DNA of 64,000 bases, taken from positions 2,503,587 to 2,567,586 of the forward strand of contig OY760694.1 of assembly GCA_963663955.1 (NCBI GenBank), written 5' to 3'. This stretch comes from Acidimicrobiia bacterium. Its GTDB lineage: Bacteria > Actinomycetota > Acidimicrobiia > Spongiisociales > Spongiisociaceae. The notes beneath the pieces are model-generated. The model did no database searches and was not told the DNA's origin. It saw nothing but the letters and a program-made list of their open reading frames with translations. The translations under genes were made by a program, and so were the position numbers. The stretch's first letter is position 1. Each line of letters opens with the position of its first letter. Positions 1 to 13,824 of this stretch are shown one piece after another.

Positions 1-1
1 C

Positions 2-853
2 TACTGGTACAAGTCTGACTTTGAGACCTTGGTACGAGCAAACTTCGCCGAGGCACACGATGCCTTGGCAGCCGTGAACTTCGCCGAAACCAAACGAATC
101 GCGACGGGCCAACTCGTGAGACGGCTCCGACTCAACGAGCAGAAGTACCAACCACTGGTTATCGACGCTCTCGTGGCCCTCGGCCGTTTCGATCCAGACT
201 TCCCTCACCTTGCTCGCCTCGACGACGGTCCGGCTCGTGTCGCCGAAGCCAAAGAAGCATACGACACCGTCCAGACTGTCATTAGACAGCACGCCGAAGC
301 AGTAGCGTCACGAGAGGCGGTAAGGCGCACTGCCGATAAGACAATCGCTGAGGCGTCCGCGCGGCGACAGCACGACAGCAGACTCAACCAACTCCATGAC
401 CAGTTCTTGAGGATGGCTCAATTATCCGACGAACCACACAAGCGGGGATTCGCGTTCGAGAGATTACTGAACGCAATGTTCGAACTTTGGGACCTCTATC
501 CGAAAGCGAGCTACAGGACCAAGCATGAACAGATCGACGGCGCCTTCACATTCCGAGCCAACGACTACCTACTCGAAGCGAAGTGGCACGCGGAGCCGCT
601 TGGTCTCGAGCACCTCGACAAGTTCAAGGCGAAAATAGATCGTAAGGCCCGGAATACCCTCGGTCTCTGCATCTCGATTTCAGGCTTCAAAGAGAGTGCC
701 GTCGATGCACACTCCTACAATCAAACACCGCTAATCCTGATGGACGGGATCGACCTCGTGCCCATACTCGAAGGCCACATCGAACTCATCGAGGTCCTGG
801 ATCGTAAACGACGAAATGCAGCTGAGACAGGCAAGCCCATGTATCGCGCATGA
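2..853 (+). CDS. Mrr-like restriction endonuclease-domain protein (PD-(D/E)xK), 5'-partial at window edge
   Basis: Reading frame is open from nt 2 (TTG at 29 is only the first possible start). C-terminal half GFAFERLLNAMFELWDLY...EQIDGAF...YLLEAKW...LILMDGIDL matches the Mrr catalytic core (D...EAK). N-terminal half is helical. Confidence 0.55.
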   Translation, partial: YWYKSDFETLVRANFAEAHDALAAVNFAETKRIATGQLVRRLRLNEQKYQPLVIDALVALGRFDPDFPHLARLDDGPARVAEAKEAYDTVQTVIRQHAEAVASREAVRRTADKTIAEASARRQHDSRLNQLHDQFLRMAQLSDEPHKRGFAFERLLNAMFELWDLYPKASYRTKHEQIDGAFTFRANDYLLEAKWHAEPLGLEHLDKFKAKIDRKARNTLGLCISISGFKESAVDAHSYNQTPLILMDGIDLVPILEGHIELIEVLDRKRRNAAETGKPMYRA

Positions 854-1019
854 ACCTCGACGATAGGCCGGCACACGTAAGCATGCCGGGTTCAAAGGGT
901 GGTCGCAACGCTCCCTTCAGTCTTCTCGTCTATCGGCCCGTGCTCCTGACCAGAGCGAAACGGTGCCACCTGAGCGTCCAAGTTGGGCAACAGCCGTCGG
1001 ACGCTGTCGTCTGTTCCCG

Positions 1020-1799
1020 TCATGCCCCTGCGTGGAAGCCAGCTAGGTACTTGTCGATCACCGCGACGGCTTCGTTCCGGAGGCGCGCCTTGGCCAGGTA
1101 GTCGCCAGGTTCCGCTTGGAATGACGCGTAAGCGTGGGGTCCGTCGTAGCCTGCTTCGGCAAAGCGCTCCGAGAGGAGGGCGATGGCTTCGGTGACTAGC
1201 GGGTGGCTGAAAACCGGACTGGCAGCGCTGGCGTACCCGGCTGCGGTTGGACCGCCGTCGTAGTTGAGGATGACAAAGACGAGGTCGTAGGCATCCTTGT
1301 TGTCGTGGCGGTCCTGGAACGTTAAAATCTTCAGAACCGTGTAAGGAAGCAGTCCAGCGACTCGAACCGTCACCTTGGAGCGGCCGCCATCGTCGAGTCG
1401 GTCTCTTTCGATCGGGCGTTCGATGTAGTCCCTCGTAACCAGTTGGGCGCCGCGGACATTGACCGCAGCCACCTTTGAACCGGTCGTTCCTCTCGGACGG
1501 TAGATAGTTCCTGGTTCAACTTGGTCGGTTTCGCAGAGAAACTCTACGTATACAACGGCACCATCCACAGTTCGGGACCATCGAAAACTCGGCTGGGCTT
1601 GTTTGAAGCCTGCGGTCTTGAGATTGTTGTGGAGGGTGCGGTACGTCTCTGGCGTATCGGCGTCAAGGGTGAGCCCGATGATCAAGTCGACGTCAGTAGT
1701 GCCGACATGTGCTCTGGCTCCAGCGGGGAGGCGGCCGACGAGGTAGCGGGGTGCGAGGCCCTCCGGCGAGATAGACGCGCTTGTTCCATGGACCGACAT
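1020..1799 (-). CDS. Nucleotidyltransferase-domain protein (AbiEii / GSU2403-like, putative toxin/effector)
   Basis: About 259 aa with an hG...D.D-type minimal NTase core (GTTDVDLIIGL). Lies immediately downstream of an HTH gene on the same strand, the arrangement typical of AbiE-type modules. Confidence 0.45.
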   Translation of the reverse strand: MSVHGTSASISPEGLAPRYLVGRLPAGARAHVGTTDVDLIIGLTLDADTPETYRTLHNNLKTAGFKQAQPSFRWSRTVDGAVVYVEFLCETDQVEPGTIYRPRGTTGSKVAAVNVRGAQLVTRDYIERPIERDRLDDGGRSKVTVRVAGLLPYTVLKILTFQDRHDNKDAYDLVFVILNYDGGPTAAGYASAASPVFSHPLVTEAIALLSERFAEAGYDGPHAYASFQAEPGDYLAKARLRNEAVAVIDKYLAGFHAGA

Positions 1800-1874
1800 C
1801 GCCGAGGAGCGTTAGTAACACTCTCTAGCAGCGGTCTGTTGCGAAGTTGTCGTAGGCGGTGTGATGGTCCCTCA

Positions 1875-2957
1875 TCAGAAGCCTATGACCTCGCGTCGTA
1901 GGTGATCCGCTTGCTCGACCCCACGGCGTCTGTCACGTCGGAGATCAGCGTAGAGCCTGAACTGATTGACCATCCAAAGATTGCCGTATTGCTTGCTAAA
2001 GGCGAGCGGTGCGTCGGAGCGAGCTTGCAGGAACGCGACGTTGTGACCCTGGGCGACTGGAGTTGCCGCCGTGTGGTCGAAGAGTTGCCTGGGGTCGGCT
2101 GCCTCGGCAACCCATACTTCTGCGACGGTGATCGTAGTTATGAGAGGCGCGATGATGCTCGCTGCGGCGGCGCCGGTCAGCGCATACTCGATACCGGCAC
2201 CATGAAGGCCCTCCCCGAGTTCGGTGATGAGTTGCCGAGGGGTTTGGGCCAGCAGGTAGCAACGGGTCCGGACTGGTCGGTCAACATTCTCCTCGGCCCA
2301 CAAATCCAGCAAGGCGGTGGGATCCGAGACGTGGCGCGTCCGGAGAGGACCGGCACCCTTCGTGTTGACAACGCCCTCAACCTCAAGGCGTGACAGCACA
2401 CGGTGAATCAGGCCACTCGAGACGCCAGTCTGCTCAGCCAAGTCCTTAATTCGCCAAGCCCTTCCAGGATCCAGCAAGAGGGCTTGAGCTATCAAACCGG
2501 CCTTGCCCGACAAGCGGCTCGGCGCGGGGGGACGAGTCGACCGGCCGGTCCCTTCGATGTGACAGAGCAGTCCCGGCAGCTCTAGGTGAACGTTGCCGAG
2601 CCCATCAATGAAGGCTATGCCGTGCTCCGTGAGTATCCGTCGGGCATCTGTCGTAGTCTCGGCGGCGATGAGTATCAGTGGGAACTCGAGACGGGGTTGA
2701 ACAAGGTTGACTAGCTGCCAAGCGACCACAGCATTGACACGGGTCTTGAACTCGATCGCGACCCATTCCTCAGTCCCTGCGAACATCACAACGGCGTCCG
2801 CTGCACTGCGGAGAGGTTCGGACTCTGCAATGACATCGAGACCAGGGATAGCTCTTATTATCCGTAGGGCTTCGGCTTCGAACCTACCGCCTATGTTTAT
2901 CATCGGTGCTATCTTCACAATGAGTGTAAAGATAGCACTCCTTGTGAAGAAGGCCAA
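1875..2957 (-). CDS. HTH DNA-binding protein, putative AbiEi-like regulator/antitoxin partner of the downstream NTase
   Basis: Central helix-turn-helix IKDLAEQTGVSSGLIHRVLSRLEVEGVV. About 76 nt separates it from the NTase gene on the same strand. N-terminal ~130 aa resembles a small nuclease-like alpha/beta domain. Start codon uncertain. Confidence 0.4.
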   Translation of the reverse strand: MAFFTRSAIFTLIVKIAPMINIGGRFEAEALRIIRAIPGLDVIAESEPLRSAADAVVMFAGTEEWVAIEFKTRVNAVVAWQLVNLVQPRLEFPLILIAAETTTDARRILTEHGIAFIDGLGNVHLELPGLLCHIEGTGRSTRPPAPSRLSGKAGLIAQALLLDPGRAWRIKDLAEQTGVSSGLIHRVLSRLEVEGVVNTKGAGPLRTRHVSDPTALLDLWAEENVDRPVRTRCYLLAQTPRQLITELGEGLHGAGIEYALTGAAAASIIAPLITTITVAEVWVAEAADPRQLFDHTAATPVAQGHNVAFLQARSDAPLAFSKQYGNLWMVNQFRLYADLRRDRRRGVEQADHLRREVIGF

Positions 2958-3384
2958 GCGTCTGGGACTGTAGGCTCAACTGCTTTTCTCAACAAGAAGG
3001 GAGACGCATGTACGGCACTTCCAATTTCGAACCTATTGAGTGGGCCTGCCTAGATTGTGGTAGTTACAAGGATGGTTACACTGTTTAGAGATACTGAGCT
3101 TAGAGGCTAAAACTATATTATGCTTCAAGTCGGGCTATCCTTGAAGGTGCCGCCCCGACAACGGAACTCTGACTCGGGACGGACGGGTGTGCAGGGCTCA
3201 GTGTGAACCTACCTGACTTGCGATTACCCCTCCCCTCAGTACTGCATTACGGATCGGATACTTGGCTTGGTAGCCTCCGAAGGCAGGCCACTAACGATGA
3301 CACCACGGAGGCGAGACCGGTCGGACAACCCGCACCAAACTCGACACCTTGGCGTAGCACAGAACCGGACGCAGCGGGTTCTGG

Positions 3385-3812
3385 CTACTCGTGGCCCGAC
3401 GACGTGTTGTCAATCCAACGTCTTGCAGACGCTAGGAGCGACGGCGAACACTTCAACATGTCCATACCCACCGCAACACGAGAAGGTGAATCCTCCGGGA
3501 ACCATTTCTGCTCCAAATCCGCATAAACCTGAACCTTCGGGATTCGCACGTGTTCGATCTGCACGGTTACTTCCGGGAGCATGTGCTCTTCTGCTCCTGT
3601 TCTTGCAATAGTGATTTGAGACTGTGGGATGCCGTGTTGGACGAAGAGGCGTGTGAATAGCAAACGCTAGATTACCGACCTTTCAAGCTCGGGGTAAAGC
3701 AATCCACTAACCCTTGCACCGAATTGTAAATCGGTCGGGTCGGCTCCATAGGCGGCTATCTGCACAACAACGACTGGGCGCTCAGGTCCGTCAGCGATAG
3801 CGTTTCCTCCTG
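3385..3812 (-). pseudogene. Gene remnant with in-frame amber stop (unknown function)
   Basis: Minus-strand frame reads ...SGGNAIADGPERPVVVVQIAAYGADPTDLQFGARVSGLLYPELERSVI-TAG-RLLFTRLFVQHGIPQSQ... A single TAG at ~3664-3666 joins the 47-aa piece to ORF 3385..3663. No canonical start is visible upstream. Confidence 0.25.
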
Positions 3813-3953
3813 AGTAATACCGGCAGACACCCTAGCCTGAACCCTGTCAGTTCCCAACTCGGCACCCAACCCCCGCGATTCCGTGAAGCCTCAACTATGT
3901 CCCAATTCTGAGTTCAGACAGACCGATACTTCCCTGCCGGGCAACGGTCGTAT

Positions 3954-6919
3954 TTACTCAGGAACGGGGTCCCACAGCGTCCCAGAGCGAGTAGTTATCA
4001 CGGGAGTGACACGGCTCGCCCGGTCGGGACTGGTCTCTTGGGAACCGGCCAGGCCGGCGCGGACTTCTTCGGCGGCGCGCTGGGCGTTGAGTTCTAGCAG
4101 CCGGGCAAGCACCTCGTCGCGGACGGCGTCGGGCCAGCGGTAGGGCTTCTTCTTCTTGCCCCAGGTCTCCTCGTCGATCTCGTAGTCGAGGAGGAACTCG
4201 CAGTCCGTGGGGATGTCGGTCCAGCCGTAGGCATCCAGTACGGCTTGATCCATGGCGGTGTGCAGACGGCGGAGTTCGGCGATCTCGGGATCATTCTCGT
4301 AGGGATCGTGGAAGCGGTTGTATGTCTTCGTTATCCCCTCATTATTGTGGACCATGAGGGTTGCTCGGAACTCGTAGTACTCTGTGCCGACGTGTTCGAG
4401 ACTGACGCGATTCTCCCAGTTGCCCGGGAACGGAAATGTCTCGAAGCAGTCGGAGGGTGTGTAGCGTAGGTCGTCCTTCATCGAGGATACGCAAAACCGT
4501 GACCATAGTTCATGGGTCCTCGACTGAATCAAGCAAAAGGCTGCGTAGTCTGTAAACGGAAAAACAATCAGTGAATCCGCATACACCATGCCGCTAGATA
4601 AGAAGGCGAATCCCCAATAGTGGCTAACACGGCATATGGTGAGAACTCTTTCTAAGCCTATAAGTCTTTCGTACAGTTCTTTACGAGGACGTTCAAAGTG
4701 CCACCAATGCGCAGTCGAATGGCTCGCACGTTTTCCATGAACACGATCCTCTACGATGGACAATAGTTGCGGCCAGTCGGCTGCAACAGGGCCAGAGTAG
4801 TCGAGAGGGACCTCTCCGTCTCGGATCCAATCTTGCTGCTGGGTTTCTGACGCATCTCTCCATTTTTGACCTAGGCCCATCCGCGCAAGCGGATAGTCTT
4901 GGAAGTTGATTACATAGCGATGGTGTAGCAGAGCCGGACTTCGATTAACTTCTTTGCCTCCGATGTATGGTCCTTCGCCAGGGTGATCAACCAGAGCGAC
5001 AGCTTCGCGAGATCGACCGCCTTGGGATTGCGGTCTACTCCGTAGAGGCAGCGCTGGGCCACCAGCCGCCGGGCGAAGATCGCCTCGTCCTCGTCGGGTG
5101 GGATTTGGGGCATGGCGTCGTGGGCGCGCCAGGATTCGGCGAGTTGGCGGCAGGCCTCAACCAGGAAGGCGGCCGAGCCCATGGCCGGGTCGCACATCTT
5201 GAGGTCGAGAATCTGATCGGGACGGACCGGCCCGCTGGCTTTGGTGGCCAGCCCATCCAGGATGGGTTCCAGGGCTTTGCGGACGATGGGCTCGGTGAGC
5301 TCGCGGGGCGTGTAATGCGAGCCGGACTTTCGGCGTTCCTCGCTCGGTTGCAGCACCATGGCGCCCGCCGCTACCAGGTCTGGAGTGGCGTTGCGATCAA
5401 TAACCGGATCGAGTGCGGCGTGCATCTCGTCGAGCGAACCCGACTCCCGAACAGCCTTACCCACCTTGGCGGTGAGCTTGCGGTCGGTACGGTCCCGCAT
5501 CCACTTGACCCGCTCTGACGGTTCCTGTCCCAGCAGGCCTTCGAGGTTCACCGTGGCGGGAGCGCCGTGCCTCTTGGCGGCCTTGATGGCAACGCTCCGG
5601 CCTGTAGCGGTCTCCAGCCGGAAGCCCATCATGGTCTCGTAGACAGAGCCGATGTGCTCAACGTCGAGGGCTCGGTAGGAGATGCGTTCGGCGTCTAGGA
5701 CGATGAGCTTCTCGAGCACCCGGTCGATCGTGCCGTCCCCGATGCGCGGCGGCTCGATCCTCTCCAATGTCTGCCGTGGGCCGAAATCACGCCCTTCGAG
5801 GAACGGGTAGCGATCGGGGAGAAAAAGATCGCCATACTTGGGCGCCATGGACATCTGCCCGGCGTTTGCGCCGTCGTGGACCATGCGCCAGAGGGCTAGG
5901 AGCTGGGCGTAGGCGCCGTAGCGCTGGTCCATCGTATCTGGGTACAGGGAAGTGTGGGCTCGCAGCCGCTCGTAGAGACCGGACACCGAGTAGGCACCCA
6001 GGAAGGTCTCGTCCTGGGGTAGCAGGTCCCGTTCCTCGGCGTACAGCAGGTAGACGAGGCGCAGCACGACCGTCAGCAGTCCCCGATAGATCTCGTCAGG
6101 GTCCTCCGTAAGCCAGCGCCGGAGCAGCCGACCGTCAGACGCGTCATGAGCTGCCTGGAAGCCCCGCAGCAACTCGTACAGGGCGTGTAGAACCTGCTCG
6201 GCGAGGCGTTCCGAGACCTCGTTCTGGAACTTGCGGCTGTCTTCCAGCAGTGCCGCCAGGCGTTTCTCGCGAGCCACGCTCAGCAGGCGCGTCTCTCCGA
6301 GGAGCTCGCGCATGGCCGAGACGAGCCGGATCGTTTCGCCGTTGAAGAGGAGCCCCGCGGGAACGCCCGTGTTCCTCAGCAGGCGCTCCATCCGGCCATG
6401 AGGCGATAGGTCCAGACCGCCGCCGGTAATAGCGCGGTCCAGGTCCTCGCCGGGTTCGCACACGCTGACCAGGAACTGCCACGGAGAGGGTTCCTCCTCA
6501 AGCTCGTCACCCTCCGGAACGGCAGGCGGCGCCGAAGCCTTGAGCGGTTCGGAGCGAACTGCGAAGTCGGGCCGGAACACGTTGCCGGACTCCGGCAGCG
6601 GAAGCTCTAGGTTGGCCGGAACCGGTACCTCGGCGGTACCGGCGTAGCCCTTCGCGGTGAAACGCCAGCCGAGCACTTTCTGGGCGAACTCCCGGAAGTC
6701 CGGCAGTTCGGTCGTGGTGCCGGCCGGATCGGGAACGCCGTTCTCGACCCACTCGCGGAGTAGCTTCTGGCCTGCGATATCCCGGCGGTTCAGGATCACA
6801 CCCGCTTTTACGAGCGCAGGCGCCGACACCACCAGGCCGGTAGGTCGGACGAACCCGATCCACTCCAGATGGTCGATTACCCGCTGGTCGCGCTTCGCCA
6901 TCAGTTGGTCTCTGGCCAT
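3954..6919 (-). pseudogene. Gamma-class N6-adenine DNA methyltransferase (PglX / type IIG / DISARM DrmMI-like), frameshifted or internally deleted
   Basis: True start MARDQLMAKRD at 6919; the first 292 aa of ORF 4910..7795 are low-complexity overlap with the helicase. Motif X-like SGSHYTPRELTEPIV, motif I DPAMGSAAFL, then GVDRNPKAVDLAKLSLWL. Frame breaks near 4990-5000 before any NPPY-like motif IV. C-terminal domain (HWWHFERP..., FCLIQSRTHELW, DDLRYTPSDCFETFPFP, LHTAMDQAVLDAYGW) continues in a different frame as ORF 3954..4880. Confidence 0.65.
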
Positions 6920-9702
6920 AGGTATACGAGACCCACCGGTTCGACCCGTTTCACATGTACCTCGTAGAACTCGCGCACCCGGGCAGGCTCGTCCACCAGG
7001 TCCTCGTCGAACTGGGCGAGTCTCCTGTGCCAGTGCCGGATGTCGGCGTTGAGCTGCTTCGTTTCCTGGGCATTGAATCCGAAGGAAAGCTGCTTCCGGT
7101 CGCGTTCGTAGTGCTCGAGTTGGGCGACCACTTGGGCGCGGTGCCGCTCCAGGGTCTCTCGCAGCGACCGTTCCTCGCGCCGTCCGCGTTCGGCAAGCCG
7201 TTGCTCGGCTACTGCCGCGAACTCTTCCGCTCGAGGCTCCAACTGGGGACGGAGATCGGCGATGTCCTGGGGTGCGGAGGCGAGCAGTCTCCGGCGGATC
7301 ATCTCGTCCGGTTCTCGGGCGCGGGAGTCCAGGGAGGCGTCGAGGAGCCTCATGGTGCGTTCCTGCGCTTCCCGAGCGTAGGCGCGCAGCGGTCCGGAGC
7401 GCCGTTCCGGTTCGCTCCACCGGGCCGCCACCGGGATGATCTGCTCGTGCAGACGCTCGGCACCCCGGCCATACAGCGACAAGCGCCCGAGCAGGATGAC
7501 ACGCGGGATCGAATCCTTCGTCTGGGCGAGGCACGCTCGAGACAGGTCGTGATAGATGAACCCCTGTGAGCGGAACCGGGCCAGCAGCCGCTGGGCCACC
7601 CGCTGTTCCAGATGCAGGTGCACGGTTTGGTCGTCGAGCCGTCCTGTGTCCTCGAACACGACGGGTCGGAGGGGCGCGTCGCGTCGCCAGTCGGGGATCT
7701 TCTGGTCGATCCGGCGGGGCACGCGCAGTGAGTCGAGGGTGGATGTCCAGCTTGGATCGGTAGCTGCTCGCTGTTCCAGAGCAGGGAAGGTCCACACCCG
7801 GTGGCCGTTGTCACCGGCGCTCTCGGCGAGTTCCGAAGCTCCGAGCAGGCGGAGGGAGCAGTTGATCGCCTGGCGGAAGGGTTCCGCCGAGAACCTGACC
7901 CAATCCCGTGACTTCTCGAGGAGCTTCCGGCATCGCTCGATCTGGTCCTCGAGATCCTCGCGCCGTTCACGGGCCGCCTCTATCTCCTCGGCGGCGGCAA
8001 GGGTGCTTTCGCCCTGGGGAGACTCCGCCTTGATCTCGTATCTCAAGTGTTCCGCGTCGCTATGGCGGATGCCGTGGCGGATCAGGCGTTGCTCCACAGC
8101 GTCCTCGATCACCTTCGGTAGGCCTCCCAGTTCCTTCTTGATGGTCTCGGTCTTCCTGACCAGCACTTCGAGCACCCGGTCCTCGACTCGCTGCGGCAGC
8201 ACGAAGTAATGGCAGGTCACTTCGGTGGCCGGTTGCAGCTTGCGGTCGATGCGGCCGTTGCGCTGCTCGATACGGCCCGGATTCCACGGCAGGTCGAAAT
8301 GGAACATGTCCGAGCACCGCGCCTGCAAGTTGAGTCCCTCACGGGCGGCGTCGGTGGCTATCAGGATCCGCAGGGGCTCGTCGGCTGGGTCGGCATTGAA
8401 GCGGCGTTGTATCTCGCGGCGGCGCGCCGGGCTGGTCAACCCGTCGATCACATCTATCCGCTCATCGGCCTGGTCGGTGCCGAAGATGGCCTGCTCCAGA
8501 GTGGACTTCAGATACCGCTTGGTGCCCTGACGGTTCTCCGTGAAGATCAGGACGCGGCAGTCGGTCCAGGTGGGCGGCGGGCCGGTGATGGGCTTGCCCA
8601 TGGCTGGTAGCTCCGGGCACTGGTTGCGGCGTATCCACTCAATGAGCCATCGGGTCTTGGCGTCGGGTAGGTGCCTGGTCTCCTCGGCGATCTCCTGCAT
8701 GCGCTGGAGGAGACCCTGTTCACGTTCCCATGCCGCTGTCTCAGGGTCCTTGGACGGGAGGGCCGCCAAGTCGATCTCGCGGATGCGGGCCACCTCATCC
8801 GCCTCAACCTCTCAGGAGGCCAGCCAGCGCGCTCATCGTCGGCGTCGGGTGACTTCAGGAAAGCGAAGGCTTGATGGGAGTCGATCCGAGGTTGTGTCTC
8901 GCCGTCTTCGTGGGCTTCTTTCCAGTGGCGCAACACGTCCGGCGATGTACCAAGAGGGTGCGGACGAAAGCTTCGATCGACGACAGCAACTGCTGCCGCA
9001 AACGGATCACCATCAACCCGGCGGCATGTCGAACACGGCTGGATTCTGACCGGTAACGCTCCTCGCGCGCAATCCGATACTCGTCGAGGAGGCGGGATAA
9101 TTCCAGTTCGGGCGCCTCTTCGGGTAAGCCGTCGATCTCGATCCGCCTCACGTTGCGTTTCGGGAACCCACCTTGCACCGCCCGGATGTCCTCCTTCAGG
9201 CGTCGCACCATTACAGGTGCAAGATCGGTCTTGGGACGGGTCACCTTGACACCCCGGGTGAAGCGGTACGGGTCCAGCAGTTCCAACAGTGTGGAAAAGC
9301 TGTTCGAGTGGGCCGTTGTGGGGCGTCGCCGACAGGAACAGCCGATGCTCGAACCGGTGAGCGAGATCACGCACCGCTCGGGTGAACTTGGTCTCGATGC
9401 CGTACCGCCCGCCCGAGGAGGGCGCAGCGTGATGAGCTTCATCGAGGATCAGCAGGCTCCCCGTACGATGGTCACCCAGCCATTCACGCATCGGGTCCGT
9501 GTAGGACGGGTCGATCAGCAGGCGTTGCGAGATCAGGAACCTGCTGTGGGTACGCCAGGGATTCACACCGAAGCCGCGATCCCGGCGCATCCTCGACACG
9601 TAGCGCCTGTCGAGCACCTCGAACACGAGGCCGAACCGGTCCTCCATCTCCCCCTTCCATTGCTCCAGCATCGACGGAGGCGCGGCAACGACTGTGACCT
9701 TT
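6901..9702 (-). pseudogene. SNF2-family helicase (DrmD-like), C-terminal ~930 aa: remainder of ATPase core plus helicase-C and C-terminal region; internal frameshift
   Basis: DEAH box LILDEAHHAAPS and LFLSATPHNG in ORF 8547..9671. Frame switches to ORF 8855..9442 (STLLELLDPYRF), then continues in ORF 6901..8793 (helicase-C: RILIATDAAREGLNLQ..., FHFDLPWNPGRIEQRNGRIDR). The 5' boundary is the IS3 left inverted repeat at 9703. The stop overlaps the methyltransferase start by 19 nt. Confidence 0.7.
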
Positions 9703-9753
9703 GAACCCCCCCGGGTTTTCCGGAGACTCTAATTGGTTGGGAGATAATGGAGT

Positions 9754-12147
<2,394 letters not shown>

Positions 12148-12241
12148 CAATACCTGTCCATCCGCTACACAAACCGTTTAACGGAAACCGGGATCCGACC
12201 TTCGGTCGGATCCGTAGGCGACTCATACGACTGTGACGAGA

Positions 12242-13570
12242 ATGGTGTGGTCGTTGGGTCGGGTCTGACTCTTGTTACGACCGGCCGCAGAGTGCCTTTG
12301 CGTTGATCTGTCGGCCCGGCTCGGCGGCTTGTCCACACGCAGCTAGCCGTCCGGGAGGGCAGTGACCCAATAGGGGCCTGGGGTTTGAAACCCGACTCGT
12401 CACAGTCTTGTCCGCCCGCCCGGACGGCCGGTCTGCGTTCCACCACAGGGAGGAAACTATGACCAGTATCGTGTCCGATGCTCCGTTCGGGCAAGGTGAT
12501 TGTCGGGGTCGACACTCACAAGCACATCCATGTCGCGGTGGCAATTCAGCCAGCACGGCACCCGTCTGGGTGACCGCGCGGTGAGCGCTGACAGCGGCGG
12601 CTACGCCCAACCGGGTGGCATGGGTCCAGGAACTCGGCCAGCTTGACCGGTTCGGGATCGAGGGCACCGGCAGCTACGGCGCTGGGCTCACCAGTTACCT
12701 GCGACGCTGCGGGCATCGGGTAGTTGAGGTGAACCGGGGTGATCGCCGCTCGCGGCGCAACAGCGGCAAATCAGACGCTATCGACGCTGAAGCCGCCGCA
12801 CGGTCGGTCCTTGCGGGGACCTCGACCGCGGTTCCCAAGACCACGAATGGGCTGGTGGAGATGATCCGCCAACCCAAAGTAGCCAGAGACACCGCCCGCA
12901 AAGGCCGAACCTCGGCGATCATCACCCTTAAGACGCTGATCGTGAACGCCCCGGCCGAGTTGCGCGAGTCCCTCGATGGGCTCACCAATCGGGTCCTCAT
13001 CAACCGTTGCGCCCGCTTCCGAGTGTCGGCAATGGACAGCCCCACAGCCTCGGCCAAGCACTCGCTGAGAGCGTTAGCACGCCGCCGGCGCCACCTCGAC
13101 ACCGAGGTACGCCACCTACGACGCCGTGCTCGACGACGTCGCTACCCAGGCGTCGCCGACACTACGAGACGCCTACGGCATCGGAGCCGACTCCGCGGCC
13201 GAGGCTCCTCATCGTGTTCGGCGACAACCCAGAACGGATCCGCTCAGAGGCCGCCTTCGCGAAACTCTGCGGCACCTGCCCCATCCCAGCGTCGTCAGGG
13301 CAAACCAGCCGGCACCGCCTCTACCGAGGCGGACACCGACAAGCCAACGCGGCGCTCTACCCACTCGCCATCGTACGAATGCGATTCCACCAACCCACCA
13401 TCAACTACGTCGCTCGCCGCACCACCGAAGGCCTCACCAAAAAAGACATCATCCGCTGCCTCAAACGGTTCCTCGCCCGCGAGGTCTACCAGCGAGTCAT
13501 GACCGACCACCGTGCCCGGCAATGCCCTGCCCCCACCCCCTGAACCACAATATTTGACTATAGGGGCATC
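12242..13570 (+). mobile_element. IS110-family element inserted in IS3 OrfB; transposase heavily frameshifted
   Basis: Inserted exactly between the IS3 OrfB codons ...DSYD and NALAES.... No inverted repeats, as expected for IS110. Confidence 0.7.
12478..13543 (+). pseudogene. IS110-family transposase, at least 4 frameshifts
   Basis: MLRSGKVIVGVDTHKHIHVAVAI, then GTRLGDRAVSADSGGYAQ, then VAWVQELGQLDRFGIEGTGSYGAGLTSYLRRCGHRVVEVN...KSDAIDAEAAAR, then LLIVFGDNPERIRSEAAFAKLCGTCPIPASSGQTSRHRLYRGGHRQANAALYPLAIVRMRFHQPT..., each in a different frame. Confidence 0.7.
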
Positions 13571-13824
13571 AACGCCCTAGCCGAATCCGTAATCGGACTA
13601 TACAAAACAGAACTCATCCACAAACAGGCCCCATGGCGGAACCGTGACCACGTCGAATACGCCACCCTCGAATACGTCGACTGACACAACCCACCGGAGA
13701 CTGCTCAAACCAAACGGGGACAAACCACCAACAGAAACCGAAGCCGACTACTACCGTGACCACACACCAGCCCAGGTAGCTGGACTCAAATAAAAAAACT
13801 CTCCGGCAAACCCGGTACGGTTCA

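Noticed and set aside
4910-7795. Annotated 961-aa ORF on the minus strand whose first 292 aa are Arg/Pro/Ala-rich low complexity
   Set aside because: The N-terminal 292 codons overlap the helicase coding region in another frame and look like high-GC frame artefacts. The conserved methyltransferase N-terminus begins at the internal Met at 6919.
5000-8800. Numerous 60-220-aa ORFs on both strands inside the helicase/methyltransferase genes (e.g. 5767..6111, 6144..6482, 7350..7970, 7556..8209)
   Set aside because: Arg/Pro/Gly/Ala-rich compositions typical of spurious ORFs in out-of-frame high-GC coding DNA. All are nested in stronger coding frames.
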